64,000 bases of DNA from Eledone cirrhosa (lineage: Eukaryota). The DNA is taken from positions 28,520,001-28,584,000 of the forward strand of contig OZ024762.1 of NCBI GenBank assembly GCA_964016885.1. Direction: 5' to 3'. The notes beneath the pieces are model-generated. The model was not told the DNA's origin. It saw only the letters and a list, made by a program, of their open reading frames with translations, and searched no databases. This document shows, piece by piece, positions 26,900 to 41,708 of the stretch; within the stretch, counting starts at the first letter, position 1; each line of letters opens with the position of its first letter. Position numbers and translations under genes: made by a program.

Positions 26900-28990
26900 A
26901 GTTGCTTTTATGCATTATTGTGTTGGTCTGTAACAAGACAGTAGCTTTTATTCAATATTGGGTTCGTGTGTAACAAGACAGTAGCTTTTATTCAATATTG
27001 GATTGGTGTTTATCAAGACAGTAGCTTTTATTAAATATTGGATTGGTGTGTAACAAGACAGTAGCTTTTATTCAATATTTGGTTGGTCTGTAACAAGACA
27101 GTAGCTTTTATTGAATATTGGGTTGGTGCGTAACAAGACAGTAGCTTTTCTTCAATATTGGGTTGGTGTGTAACAAGACAGTAGCTTTTATTACATATTA
27201 CGTTGTTGTGTAACAAGACACTAGCTTTTATTCAATATTATGTTGGTCTGAAACAAGACAGTAGGTTTTATTCAATATTGGGTTGGTGTGTAACAAGACA
27301 GTCGCTTTTATTCAATATTGGGTTGGTGTGTAACAAGACAGTAGCTTTTCGTAAATATTAGGTTGGTGTGTAACAAGACACTAGCTTTTTTAATATATTG
27401 TGTTGGTCTGTAACAAGACAGTAGCTTTTATTCAATATTGGGTTCGTGTGTAACAAGACAGTAGTTTTTATTAAATATTGGGTTCGACTCTAATAAGACA
27501 GTAGCTTTTAATCAATATTATGTTGGTGTGTAACAAGACAGTAGGTTTTATTAAATATTGGGTTGGTCTGTAACAGGACAATAGCTTTTATTGAATATTG
27601 GGTTGGTCTGTAACAAGACAGTAGCTTTTATTCAATATTGGATTGGTGTGTGACACGACAGTTGCTTTTATTAAATATTGGGTTGGTCTGCAACAAGGCA
27701 GTAGCTTTTATTAAATATTGGGTTGGTCTGTAACAAGACAGTAGCTCTTACTCAATATTAGGTAAGTGTGTAACAAGACAGTAGCTTTTATTAAATATTG
27801 CGTTGGTCTGTAACAAGACAGTAGCTTTTATTCAATATTGGGTTGGTGTGTAACAAGTCAGTAGCTTTTATTAAATATTAGGTTGGTCTGTAACAAGACA
27901 GTAGCTTATATTGAATATTGGGTTGGTCTGTAACAAGAAAATAGCTTTTCGTAAATATTAGGTTGGTGTGTAACAAGACAGTAGCTTTTTTAATATATTG
28001 GGTTGGTGTGTAACAAGACAATAGCTTTTATTAAATATTGGGTTGGTGTGTAACAAGATAGTAGCTTTTATTAAATATTGGGTTCGTCTGTAACAAGACA
28101 GTAGCTTTTATTCAATATTATGTTGGTGTGTAACAAGACAGTAGATTTTATTCATTACTAGGTTGGTCTGTAACAAGACAATAGCTTTTATTAAATATTG
28201 GGTTGGTGTGTAACAAGACAGTAGCTTTTATTAAATATTGGGTTCGACTGTAATAAGACAGTAGCTTTTATTCAATATTATGTTGGTGTGTAACAAGACA
28301 GTAGGTTCTATTAAATATTGGGTTGGTCTGTAACAAGACAATAGCTTTTATTGAATATTGGGTTGGTCTGTAACAAGACAGTAGCTTTTATTCAATATTG
28401 GGTTGGTGTGTAAAACGACAGTAGCTTTTATTCAATATTGGGTTGGTGTGTAACAAGTCAGTAGCTTTTATTAAATATTAGGTTGGTCTGTAACAAGACA
28501 GTAGCTTTTATTGAATATTGGGTTGGTCTGTAACAAGACAGTAGCTTTTATTCAATATTGGGTTGGTCTGAAACAAGACAGTAGCTTTTATTAAATATTG
28601 GGTTGGTCTGTAACAAGACGGTAGCTTTTATTCAATATTCGGTTGGTGTGTAACAAGACAGTAGCTTTTATTAAATATTGGGTTGGTCTGTAACAAGACA
28701 GTAGCTTTTATGCATTATTGGGTTGGTCTGTAACAAGACAGTAGCTTTTATTCAATATTGGGTTGGTGTGTAACAAGTCAGTAGATTTTATTAAATATTA
28801 GGTTGGTCTGTAACAAGACAGTAGCTTTTATTGAATATTGGGTTGGTGTGTCACAAGACAGTAGCTTTTATTAAATATTGGGTTGGTCTGTAACAAGACA
28901 GTAGCTTTTATTAAATATTGGGTTGGTCTGTAACAAGACAGTTGCTTTTATGCATTATTGGGTTGGTCTGTAACAAGACAGTAGCTTTTA
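26900..28990 (+). repeat. Dispersed paralog of ~13780-15830 (offset 13119, then 13159 after one extra monomer)
   Basis: Shared ttatcaagac, ggtgcgtaac, attacatatt, cgactctaat, gtgacacgacagttgc, aagatagtag and attcattact; near-identical ORF-track peptides at 13912 and 27031. Confidence 0.88.
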
Positions 28991-30880
28991 TTAAATATTG
29001 GGTTGGTGTGTAACAAGTCAGTAGCTTTTATTAAATATTAGGTTGGTCTGTAACAAGACAGTAGCTTTTATTGAATATTGGGTTGGTCTGTAACAAGACA
29101 GTAGCTTTTATTCAATACTAGGTTGGTCTGTAACAAGACAATAGCTTTTATTAAATATTGGGTTGGTGTGTCACAAGACAGTAGCTTTTATTAAATATTG
29201 GGTTGGTCTGTAACAAGACAGTAGCTTTTATTAAATATTGGGTTGGTCTGTAACAAGACAGTTGCTTTTATGCATTATTGGATTGGTGTTTAACAAGACA
29301 GTAGCTTTTATTAAATATCGGGTTGGTGTGTAACAAGACAGTAGCTTTTATTCAATATTGGGTTGGTCTGTAACAAGACAGTAGCTATTATTTAATATTG
29401 GGTTGGTGTGTAACAAGACAGTAGCTTTTCTTCAATATTGGGTTGGTGTGTAACAAGACAGTAGCTTTTATTAAATATTACGTTGTTGTGTAACAAGACA
29501 CTAGCTTTTATTCAATATTATGTTGGTCTGAAACAAGACAGTAGGTTTTATTCAATATTGGGTTGGTGTGTAACAAGACAGTCGCTTTTATTCAATATTG
29601 GGTTGGTGTGTAACAAGACAGTAGCTTTTCGTAAATATTAGGTTGGTGTGTAACAAGACACTAGCTTTTTTAATATATTGTGTTGGTCTGTAACAAGACA
29701 GTAGCTTTTATTCAATATTGGGTTCGTGTGTAACAAGACAGTAGTTTTTATTAAATATTGGGTTCGACTCTAATAAGACAGTAGCTTTTAATCAATATTA
29801 TGTTGGTGTGTAACAAGACAGTAGGTTTTATTAAATATTGGGTTGGTCTGTAACAGGACAATAGCTTTTATTGAATATTGGGTTGGTCTGTAACAAGACA
29901 GTAGCTTTTATTCAATATTGGATTGGTGTGTGACACGACAGTTGCTTTTATTAAATATTGGGTTGGTCTGCAACAAGGCAGTAGCTTTTATTAAATATTG
30001 GGTTGGTCTGTAACAAGACAGTAGCTCTTACTCAATATTAGGTAAGTGTGTAACAAGACAGTAGCTTTTATTAAATATTGCGTTGGTCTGTAACAAGACA
30101 GTAGCTTTTATTCAATATTGGGTTGGTGTGTAACAAGTCAGTAGCTTTTATTAAATATTAGGTTGGTCTGTAACAAGACAGTAGCTTATATTGAATATTG
30201 GGTTGGTCTGTAACAAGAAAATAGCTTTTCGTAAATATTAGGTTGGTGTGTAACAAGACAGTAGCTTTTTTAATATATTGGGTTGGTGTGTAACAAGACA
30301 ATAGCTTTTATTAAATATTGGGTTGGTGTGTAACAAGATAGTAGCTTTTATTAAATATTGGGTTCGTCTGTAACAAGACAGTAGCTTTTATTCAATATTA
30401 TGTTGGTGTGTAACAAGACAGTAGATTTTATTCATTACTAGGTTGGTCTGTAACAAGACAATAGCTTTTATTAAATATTGGGTTGGTGTGTAACAAGACA
30501 GTAGCTTTTATTAAATATTGGGTTCGACTGTAATAAGACAGTAGCTTTTATTCAATATTATGTTGGTGTGTAACAAGACAGTAGGTTCTATTAAATATTG
30601 GGTTGGTCTGTAACAAGACAATAGCTTTTATTGAATATTGGGTTGGTCTGTAACAAGACAGTAGCTTTTATTCAATATTGGGTTGGTGTGTAAAACGACA
30701 GTAGCTTTTATTCAATATTGGGTTGGTGTGTAACAAGTCAGTAGCTTTTATTAAATATTAGGTTGGTCTGTAACAAGACAGTAGCTTTTATTGAATATTG
30801 GGTTGGTCTGTAACAAGACAGTAGCTTTTATTCAATATTGGGTTGGTCTGAAACAAGACAGTAGCTTTTATTAAATATTG
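27200..30880 (+). repeat. 2280-bp (57-monomer) higher-order repeat, ~1.6 tandem units
   Basis: tacgttgttg (27199/29479), cgactctaat (27485/29765), aggtaagtgtg (27760/30040) and ttcattacta (28151/30431) are all 2280 apart. Confidence 0.9.
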
Positions 30881-30889
30881 GGTTGGTCT

Positions 30890-33800
30890 GTAACAATACA
30901 GTAGTTTTATTAGATATGGGGTTGCTCTGTAACAAGACAGTAGCTTTTATTCTATATTGGGTTGGTGTGTAACACGACAGTAGCTTTTATTAAATATTGG
31001 GTTGGTCTGCAACAAGTTAGTAGCTTTTATTAAATATTGGGTTGGTCTGTAACAAGAGAGTTGCTTTTATTAAATATTGGGTTGGTGTGTAACAAGACAG
31101 TAGCTTTTATTCAATATTATGTTGGTGTGTAACAAGACAGTAGCTTTTATTAAATATTGGGTTGGTCTGCAACAAGACAGGAGCTTTTATGAAATATTGG
31201 GTTGGTCTGTAACAAGACAGTAGCTTTTATTCAATATTGGGTTCGTCTGTAACAAGACAGTAGCTTTTATTCAATATTGGGTTGGTGTGTCACAAGACAG
31301 TAGCTTTTATTAAATATTGGGTTGGTCTGTAACAAGACAGTAGCTTTTATTAAATATTAGGTTGGTCTGTAATAAGACAGTAGCTTTTATTAAATATTGG
31401 GTTGGTGTGTAACAAGACAGTTGCTTTTATGCATTATTGGGTTGGTCTGTAACAAGACCGTAGCTTTTATTCAATATTGGGTTCGTGTGTAACAAGACAG
31501 TAGCTTTTATTCAATATTGGGATGGTCTGTAACAAGACAGTAGCTTTATTAGATATGGGGTTGCTCTGTAACAAGACAGTAGCTTTTATTCAATATTGGG
31601 TTGGTCTGTAACAAGACAGTAGCTTTTATTCAATATTATGTTGGTCTGAAACAAAACAGTAGGTTTTATTCAATATTGGGTTGGTGTGTAACAAGACAGT
31701 CGCTTTTATTCAATATTGGGTTGATGTGTAACAAGGCAGTAACTTTTATTCAATATTGGGTTGGTGTGTAACAAGACAGTAGCTTTTCGTAAATATTAGG
31801 TTGGTGTGTAACAAGACAGTAGCTTTTTTAATATATTGGGTTGGTCTGTAACAAGACAATAGCTTTTATTCAATATTGGGTTGGTCTGTAACAAGACAGT
31901 ATCTTTTATTCAATATTGGGTTCGTGTGTAACAAGACAGTAGCTTTTATTAAATATTGGGTTCGACTGTAATAAGACAGTAGCTTTTATTCAATATTATG
32001 TTGGTGTGTAACAAGACAGTAGGTTCTATTAAATATTGGGTTGGTCTGTAACAAGACAATAGCTTTTATTGAATATTGGGTTGGTCTGTAGCAAGACAGT
32101 AGCTTTTATTCAATATTGGGTTGGTGTGTAAAACGACAGTAGCTTTTATTCAATATTGGGTTGGTGTGTAACCAGACAGTAGCTTTTATTAAATATTGGG
32201 TTCGTCTGTAATAAGACAGTAGCTTTTATTCAATATTATGTTGCTGTGTAACAAGACAGTAGATTTTATTAAATATTGAGTTGGTCTGTAACAAGAGAGT
32301 TGCTTTTATTAAATATTGGTTTGGTGTGTAACAAGACAGTAGCTTTTATTTAATATTGGGTTGGTGTGTAACAATACAGTAGCTTTTATGCAATATTGGG
32401 TTGGTCTGTAACAAGAGAGTAGCTTTTATTGAATATTGCGTTGGTCTGTAACAAGACAGTAGCTTATATTCAATATTGTTCTGGTCTGTAACAAGACAAT
32501 AGCTTTTATTCAATATTAGGTTGGTCTGTAACAAGACAATAGCTTTTATTTAATATTATGTTGGTGTGTAACAAGACAGTAGCTTTTATTAAATATTGGG
32601 TTGGTCTGCAACAAGACAGGAGCTTTTATGAAATATTGGGTTGGTCTGTAACAAGACCGTAGCTTTTATTCAATATTGGTTTCGTGTGTAACAAGACAGT
32701 AGCTTTTATTCAATATTGGGATGGTCTGTAACAAGACAGTAGCTTTATTAGATATGGGTTGCTCTGTAACAAGACAGTAGCTTTTATTCAATATTGGGTT
32801 GGTCTGTAACAAGACAGTAGCTTTTATTCAATATTGGGTTGGTGTGTCACAAGACAGTAGCTTTTATTAAATATTGGGTTGGTCTGTAACAAGACAGTAG
32901 CTTTTATTAAATATTGGGTTGGTCTGTAATAAGACAGTAGCTTTTATTAAATATTGGGTTGGTGTGTAACAAGACAGTTGCTTTTATGCATTATTGGGTT
33001 GGTCTGTAACAAGACCGTAGCTTTTATTCAATATTGGGTTCGTGTGTAACAAGACAGTAGCTTTTATTCAATATTGGGATGGTCTGTAACAAGACAGTAG
33101 CTTTATTAGATATGGGGTTGCTCTGTAACGAGACAGTAGCTTTTATTCAATATTGGGTTGGTCTGTAACAAGACAGTAGCTTTTATTCAATATTATGTTG
33201 GTCTGAAACAAAACAGTAGGTTTTATTCAATATTGGGTTGGTGTGTAACAAGACAGTCGCTTTTATTCAATATTGGGTTGATGTGTAACAAGGCAGTAAC
33301 TTTTATTCAATATTGGGTTGGTGTGTAACAAGACAGTAGCTTTTCGTAAATATTAGGTTGGTGTGTAACAAGACAGTAGCTTTTTTAATATATTGGGTTG
33401 GTCTGTAACAAGACAATAGCTTTTATTCAATATTGGGTTGGTCTGTAACAAGACAGTATCTTTTATTCAATATTGGGTTCGTGTGTAACAAGACAGTAGC
33501 TTTTATTAAATATTGGGTTCGACTGTAATAAGACAGTAGCTTTTATTCAATATTATGTTGGTGTGTAACAAGACAGTAGGTTCTATTAAATATTGGGTTG
33601 GTCTGTAACAAGACAATAGCTTTATTGAATATTGGGTTGGTCTGTAGCAAGACAGTAGCTTTTATTCAATATTGGGTTGGTGTGTAAAACGACAGTAGCT
33701 TTTATTCAATATTGGGTTGGTGTGTAACAAGTCAGTAGCTTTTATTAAATATTAGGTTGGTCTGTAACAACACAGTAGCTTTTATTGAATATTGGGTTGG

Positions 33801-36800
33801 TCTGTAACAAGACAGTAGCTTTTATTCAATATTAGGTTAGTGTGTAACAAGACAGTAGCTTTTATTAAATATTGCGTTGGTCTGTAACAAGACAGTAGCC
33901 TTTATTCAATATTAGGTTGGTCTGTAACAAGACAATAGCTTTTATTTGATATTGGGTTGGTGTGTAACAAGGCAGTAGCTTTTATTAAATATTGGGTTCG
34001 TCTGTAATAAGACAGTAGCTTTTATTCAATATTAGGTTAGTGTCTAACAAGACAGTAGCTTTTATTAAATATTGTTCTGGTCTGTAACAAGACAATAGCT
34101 TTTATTCAATAATGGGTTGGTCTGTAACAATACAGTAGCTTTATTAGATATGCGGTTACTCTGTAACAAGACAGTAGCTTTTATTCTATATTGCGTTGGT
34201 GTGTAACACGACAGTAGCTTTTATTAAATATTGGGTTTGTCTGCAACAAGGCAGTAGCTTTTATTAAATATTGGGTTGGTCTGTAACAAGAGAGTTGCTT
34301 TTATTAAATATTGGGTTGGTGTGTAACAAGACAGTAGCTTTTATTCAATATTGGGTTGGTCTGTAACAAGACAGTAGCTTTTATTCAATATTATGTTGGT
34401 GTGTAACAAAACAGTAGCTTTTATTAAATATTGGGTTGGTCTGCAACAGGACAGGAGCTTTTATGAAATATTGGGTTGGTCTGTAACAAGACAGTAGCTT
34501 TTATTCAATATTGGGTTCGTCTGTAACAAGACAGTAGCTTTTATTCAATATTGGGTTGGTGTGTCACAAGACAGTAGCTTTTATTAAATATTGGGTTGGT
34601 CTGTAACAAGACAGTAGCTTTTATTAAATATTGGGTTGGTCTGTAATAAGACAGTAGCTTTTATTAAATATTGGGTTGGTGTGTAACAAGACAGTTGCTT
34701 TTATGCATTATTGGGTTGGTCTGTAACAAGACCGTAGCTTTTATTCAATATTGGGTTCGTGTGTAACAAGACAGTAGCTTTTATTCAATATTGGGATGGT
34801 CTGTAACAAGACAGTAGCTTTATTAGATATGGGGTTGCTCTGTAACAAGACAGTAGCTTTTATTCAATATTGGGTTGGTCTGTAACAAGACAGTAGCTTT
34901 ATTAGATATGGGGTTGCTCTGTAACAAGACAGTAGCTTTTATTCAATATTGGGTTGGTGTGTAACAAGACAGTAGCTTTTATTCAATATTGGGTTGGTCT
35001 GAAACAAGACAGTAGCTTTTATTAAATATGGGTTGGTCTGTAACAAGACGGTAGCTTTTATTCAATATTCGGTTGGTGTGTAACAAGACAATAACTTTTA
35101 TTAAATATTGGGTTGGTCTGTAACAAGACAGTAGCTTTATGCATTATTGGCTTGGTCTGTAACAAGACAGTAGCTTTTATTCAATATTGGGTTGGTGTGT
35201 AACATGTCAGTAGCTTTTATTAAATATTAGGTTGGTCTGTAACAAGACAATAGCTTTTATTAAATATTGGGTTGGTGTGTAACAAGACAGTAGCTTTTAT
35301 TAAATATTAGGTTAGTGTGTAACAAGACAGTAGCTTTTATTAAATATTGCGTTGGTCTGTAACAAGACAGTAGCCTTTATTCCATATTAGGTTGGTCTGT
35401 AACAAGACAATAGCTTTTATTTGATATTGGGTTGGTGTGTAACAAGGCAGTAGCTTTTATTAAATATTGGGTTCGTCTGTAATAAGACAGTAGCTTTTAT
35501 TCAATATTAGGTTAGTGTCTAACAAGAGAGTAGCTTTTATTAAATATTGTTCTGGTCTGTAACAAGACAATAGCTTTTATTCAATAATGGGTTGGTCTGT
35601 AACAATACAGTAGCTTTATTAGATATGCGGTTACTCTGTAACAAGACAGTAGCTTTTATTCTATATTGGGTTGGTGTGTAACACGACAGTAGCTTTTATT
35701 AAATATTGGGTTGGTCTGCAACAAGGCAGTAGCTTTTATTAAATATTGGGTTGGTCTGTAACAAGAGAGTTGCTTTTATTAAATATTGGGTTGGTGTGTA
35801 ACAAGACAGTAGCTTTTATTCAATATTGGGTTCGTGTGTAACAAGACAGTAGCTTTTATTCAATATTGGGATGGTCTGTAACAAGACAGTAGCTTTATTA
35901 GATATGGGGTTGCTCTGTAACAAGACAGTAGCTTTTATACAATATTGGGTTGGTCTGTAACAAGACAGTAGCTTTTATTCAATATTGGGCTGGTGTGTAA
36001 CAAGACAGTAGCTTTTATTCAATATTGGGTTGGTCTGAAACAAGACAGTAGCTTTTATTAAATATTGGGTTGGTCTGTAACAAGACGGTAGCTTTTATTC
36101 AATATTCGGTTGGTGTGTAACAAGACAATAACTTTTATTAAATATTGGGTTGGTCTGTAACAAGACAGTAGCTTTTATGCATTATTGGGTTGGTCTGTAA
36201 CAAGACAGTAGCTTTTATTCAATATTGGGTTGGTGTGTTACATGTCAGTAGCTTTTATTAAATATTAGGTTGGTCTGTAACAAGACAATAGCTTTTATTA
36301 AATATTGGGTTGGTGTGTAACCAGACAGTAGCTTTTATTAAATATTGGGTTCGTCTGTAATAAGACAGTAGCTTTTATTCAATATTATGTTGCTGTGTAA
36401 CAAGACAGTAGATTTTATTAAATATTGGGTTGGTCTGTAACAAGAGAGTTGCTTTTATTAAATATTGGTTTGGTGTGTAACAAGACAGTTGCTTTTATTC
36501 AATATTGGGTTGGTGTGTAACAATACAGTATCTTTTATGCAATATTGGGTTGGTCTGTAACAAGAGAGTAGCTTTTATTGAATATTGCGTTGGTCTGTAA
36601 CAAGACAGTAGCTTTTATTCAATATTGTTCTGGTCTGTAACAAGACAATAGCTTTTATTCAATATTAGGTTGGTCTGTAACAAGACAATAGCTTTTATTT
36701 AATATTATGTTGGTGTGTAACAAGACAGTAGCTTTTATTAAATATTGGGTTGGTCTGCAACAAGACAGGAGCTTTTATGAAATATTGGGTTGGTCTGTAA

Positions 36801-39800
36801 CAAGACAGTAGCTTTTATTCAATATTGGGTTCGTCTGTAACAAGACAGTAGCTTTTATTCAATATTGGGTTGGTGTGTCACAAGACAGTAGCTTTTATTA
36901 AATATTGGGTTGGTCTGTAACAAGACAGTAGCTTTTATTATATATTGGGTTGGTCTGTAATAAGACAGTAGCTTTTATTAAATATTGGGTTGGTGTGTAA
37001 CAAGACAGTTGCTTTTATGCATTATTGGGTTGGTCTGTAACAAGACCGTAGCTTTTATTCAATATTGGTTTCGTGTGTAACAAGACAGTAGCTTTTATTC
37101 AATATTGGGATGGTCTGTAACAAGACAGTAGCTTTATTAGATATGGGTTGCTCTGTAACAAGACAGTAGCTTTTATTCAATATTGGGTTGGTCTGTAACA
37201 AGACAGTAGCTTTTATTCAATATTGGGTTGGTGTGTCACAAGACAGTAGCTTTTATTAAATATTGGGTTGGTCTGTAACAAGACAGTAGCTTTTATTAAA
37301 TATTGGGTTGGTCTGTAATAAGACAGTAGCTTTTATTAAATATTGGGTTGGTGTGTAACAAGACAGTTGCTTTTATGCATTATTGGGTTGGTCTGTAACA
37401 AGGCCGTAGCTTTTATTCAATATTGGGTTCGTGTGTAACAAGACAGTAGCTTTTATTTAATATTGGGATGGTCTGTAACAAGACAGTAGCTTTATTAGAT
37501 ATGGGGTTGCTCTGTAACAAGACAGTAGCTTTTATTCAATATTGGGTTGGTCTGTAACAAGACAGTAGCTTTTATTCAATATTATGTTGGTCTGAAACAA
37601 AACAGTAGGTTTTATTCAATATTGGGTTGGTGTGTAACAAGACAGTCGCTTTTATTCAATATTGGGTTGATGTGTAACAAGGCAGTAACTTTTATTCAAT
37701 ATTGGGTTGGTGTGTAACAAGACAGTAGCTTTTCGTAAATATTAGGTTGGTGTGTAACAAGACAGTAGCTTTTTTAATATATTGGGTTGGTCTGTAACAA
37801 GACAATAGCTTTTATTCAATATTGGGTTGGTCTGTAACAAGACAGTATCTTTTATTCAATATTGGGTTCGTGTGTAACAAGACAGTAGCTTTTATTAAAT
37901 ATTGGGTTCGACTGTAATAAGACAGTAGCTTTTATTCAATATTATGTTGGTGTGTAACAAGACAGTAGGTTCTATTAAATATTGGGTTGGTCTGTAACAA
38001 GACAATAGCTTTTATTGAATATTGGGTTGGTCTGTAGCAAGACAGTAGCTTTTATTCAATATTGGGTTGGTGTGTAAAACGACAGTAGCTTTTATTCAAT
38101 ATTGGGTTGGTGTGTAACAAGTCAGTAGCTTTTATTAAATATTAGGTTGGTCTGTAACAACACAGTAGCTTTTATTGAATATTGGGTTGGTCTGTAACAA
38201 GACAGTAGCTTTTATTCAATATTAGGTTAGTGTGTAACAAGACAGTAGCTTTTATTAAATATTGCGTTGGTCTGTAACAAGACAGTCGCCTTTATTCAAT
38301 ATTAGGTTGGTCTGTAACAAGACAATAGCTTTTATTTGATATTGGGTTGGTGTGTAACAAGGCAGTAGCTTTTATTAAATATTGGGTTCGTCTGTAATAA
38401 GACAGTAGCTTTTATTCAATATTAGGTTAGTGTCTAACAAGACAGTAGCTTTTATTAAATATTGTTCTGGTCTGTAACAAGACAATAGCTTTTATTCAAT
38501 AATGGGTTGGTCTGTAACAATACAGTAGCTTTATTAGATATGCGGTTACTCTGTAACAAGACAGTAGCTTTTATTCTATATTGGGTTGGTGTGTAACACG
38601 ACAGTAGCTTTTATTCAATATTGGGTTGGTCTGCAACAAGGCAGTAGCTTTTATTAAATATTGGGTTGGTCTGTAACAAGAGAGTTGCTTTTATTAAATA
38701 TTGGGTTGGTGTGTAACAAGACAGTAGCTTTTATTCAATATTGGGTTCGTCTGTAACAAGACAGTAGCTTTTATTCAATATTGGGTTGGTGTGTCACAAG
38801 ACAGTAGCTTTTATTAAATATTGGGTTGGTCTGTAACAAGACAGTAGCTTTTATTAAATATTGGGTTGGTCTGTAATAAGACAGTAGCTTTTATTAAATA
38901 TTGGGTTGGTGTGTAACAAGACAGTTGCTTTTATGCATTATTGGGTTGGTCTGTAACAAGACCGTAGCTTTTATTCAATATTGGTTTCGTGTGTAACAAG
39001 ACAGTAGCTTTTATTCAATATTGGGATGGTCTGTAACAAGACAGTAGCTTTATTAGATATGGGTTGCTCTGTAACAAGACAGTAGCTTTTATTCAATATT
39101 GGGTTGGTCTGTAACAAGACAGTAGCTTTTATTCAATATTGGGTTGGTGTGTCACAAGACAGTAGCTTTTATTAAATATTGGGTTGGTCTGTAACAAGAC
39201 AGTAGCTTTTATTAAATATTGGGTTGGTCTGTAATAAGACAGTAGCTTTTATTAAATATTGGGTTGGTGTGTAACAAGACAGTTGCTTTTATGCATTATT
39301 GGGTTGGTCTGTAACAAGGCCGTAGCTTTTATTCAATATTGGGTTCGTGTGTAACAAGACAGTAGCTTTTATTCAATATTGGGATGGTCTGTAACAAGAC
39401 AGTAGCTTTATTAGATATGGGGTTGCTCTGTAACAAGACAGTAGCTTTTATTCAATATTGGGTTGGTCTGTAACTAGACAGTAGCTTTTATTCAATATTA
39501 TGTTGGTCTGAAACAAAACAGTAGGTTTTATTCAATATTGGGTTGGTGTGTAACAAGACAGTCGCTTTTATTCAATATTGGGTTGATGTGTAACAAGGCA
39601 GTAACTTTTATTCAATATTGGGTTGGTGTGTAACAAGACAGTAGCTTTTCGTAAATATTAGGTTGGTGTGTAACAAGACAGTAGCTTTTTTAATATATTG
39701 GGTTGGTCTGTAACAAGACAATAGCTTTTATTCAATATTGGGTTGGTCTGTAACAAGACAGTATCTTTTATTCAATATTGGGTTCGTGTGTAACAAGACA

Positions 39801-41708
39801 GTAGCTTTTATTAAATATTGGGTTCGACTGTAATAAGACAGTAGCTTTTATTCAATATTATGTTGGTGTGTATCAAGACAGTAGGTTCTATTAAATATTG
39901 GGTTGGTCTGTAACAAGACAATAGCTTTTATTGAATATTGGGTTGGTCTGTAGCAAGACAGTAGCTTTTATTCAATATTGGGTTGGTGTGTAAAACGACA
40001 GTAGCTTTTATTCAATATTGGGTTGGTGTGTAACAAGTCAGTAGCTTTTATTAAATATTAGGTTGGTCTGTAACAACACAGTAGCTTTTATTGAATATTG
40101 GGTTGGTCTGTAACAAGACAGTAGCTTTTATTCAATATTAGGTTAGTGTGTAACAAGACAGTAGCTTTTATTAAATATTGCGTTGGTCTGTAACAAGACA
40201 GTCGCCTTTATTCAATATTAGGTTGGTCTGTAACAAGACAATAGCTTTTATTTGATATTGGGTTGGTGTGTAACAAGGCAGTAGCTTTTATTAAATATTG
40301 GGTTCGTCTGTAATAAGACAGTAGCTTTTATTCAATATTAGGTTAGTGTCTAACAAGACAGTAGCTTTTATTAAATATTGTTCTGGTCTGTAACAAGACA
40401 ATAGCTTTTATTCAATAATGGGTTGGTCTGTAACAATACAGTAGCTTTATTAGATATGCGGTTACTCTGTAACAAGACAGTAGCTTTTATTCTATATTGG
40501 GTTGGTGTGTAACACGACAGTAGCTTTTATTCAATATTGGGTTGGTCTGCAACAAGGCAGTAGCTTTTATTAAATATTGGGTTGGTCTGTAACAAGAGAG
40601 TTGCTTTTATTAAATATTGGGTTGGTGTGTAACAAGACAGTAGCTTTTATTCAGTATTGGGTTGGTCTGTAAGAAGACAGTAGCTTTTATTCAATATTAT
40701 GTTGGTGTGTAACAAGACAGTAGCTTTTATTAAATATTGGGTTGGTCTGCAACAGGACAGGAGCTTTTATGAAATATTGGGTTGGTCTGTAACAAGACAG
40801 TAGCTTTTATTCAATATTGGGTTCGTCTGTAACAAGACAGTAGCTTTTATTCAATATTGGGTTGGTGTGTCACAAGACAGTAGCTTTTATTAAATATTGG
40901 GTTGGTCTGTAACAAGACAGTAGCTTTTATTAAATATTGGGTTGGTCTGTAATAAGACAGTAGCTTTTATTAAATATTGGGTTGGTGTGTAACAAGACAG
41001 TTGCTTTTATGCATTATTGGGTTGGTCTGTAACAAGACCGTAGCTTTTATTCAATATTGGTTTCGTGTGTAACAAGACAGTAGCTTTTATTCAATATTGG
41101 GATGGTCTGTAACAAGACAGTAGCTTTATTAGATATGGGTTGCTCTGTAACAAGACAGTAGCTTTTATTCAATATTGGGTTGGTCTGTAACAAGACAGTA
41201 GCTTTTATTCAATATTGGGTTGGTGTGTCACAAGACAGTAGCTTTTATTAAATATTGGGTTGGTCTGTAACAAGACAGTAGCTTTTATTAAATATTGGGT
41301 TGGTCTGTAATAAGACAGTAGCTTTTATTAAATATTGGGTTGGTGTGTAACAAGACAGTTGCTTTTATGCATTATTGGGTTGGTCTGTAACAAGGCCGTA
41401 GCTTTTATTCAATATTGGGTTCGTGTGTAACAAGACAGTAGCTTTTATTCAATATTGGGATGGTCTGTAACAAGACAGTAGCTTTATTAGATATGGGGTT
41501 GCTCTGTAACAAGACAGTAGCTTTTATTCAATATTGGGTTGGTCTGTAACTAGACAGTAGCTTTTATTCAATATTATGTTGGTCTGAAACAAAACAGTAG
41601 GTTTTATTCAATATTGGGTTGGTGTGTAACCAGACAGTCGCTTTTATTCAATATTGGGTTGATGTGTAACAAGGCAGTAACTTTTATTCAATATTGGGTT
41701 GGTGTGTA
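30890..41708 (+). repeat. Copy 1 of a >=10.8-kb near-identical block repeated at offset 22,292 bp
   Basis: taacaatacagtagttttattagat (30891/53183), identical ORFs (32346/54638) and cagacagtcg (41631/63923) all show offset 22292, with the private indels shared. Confidence 0.94.
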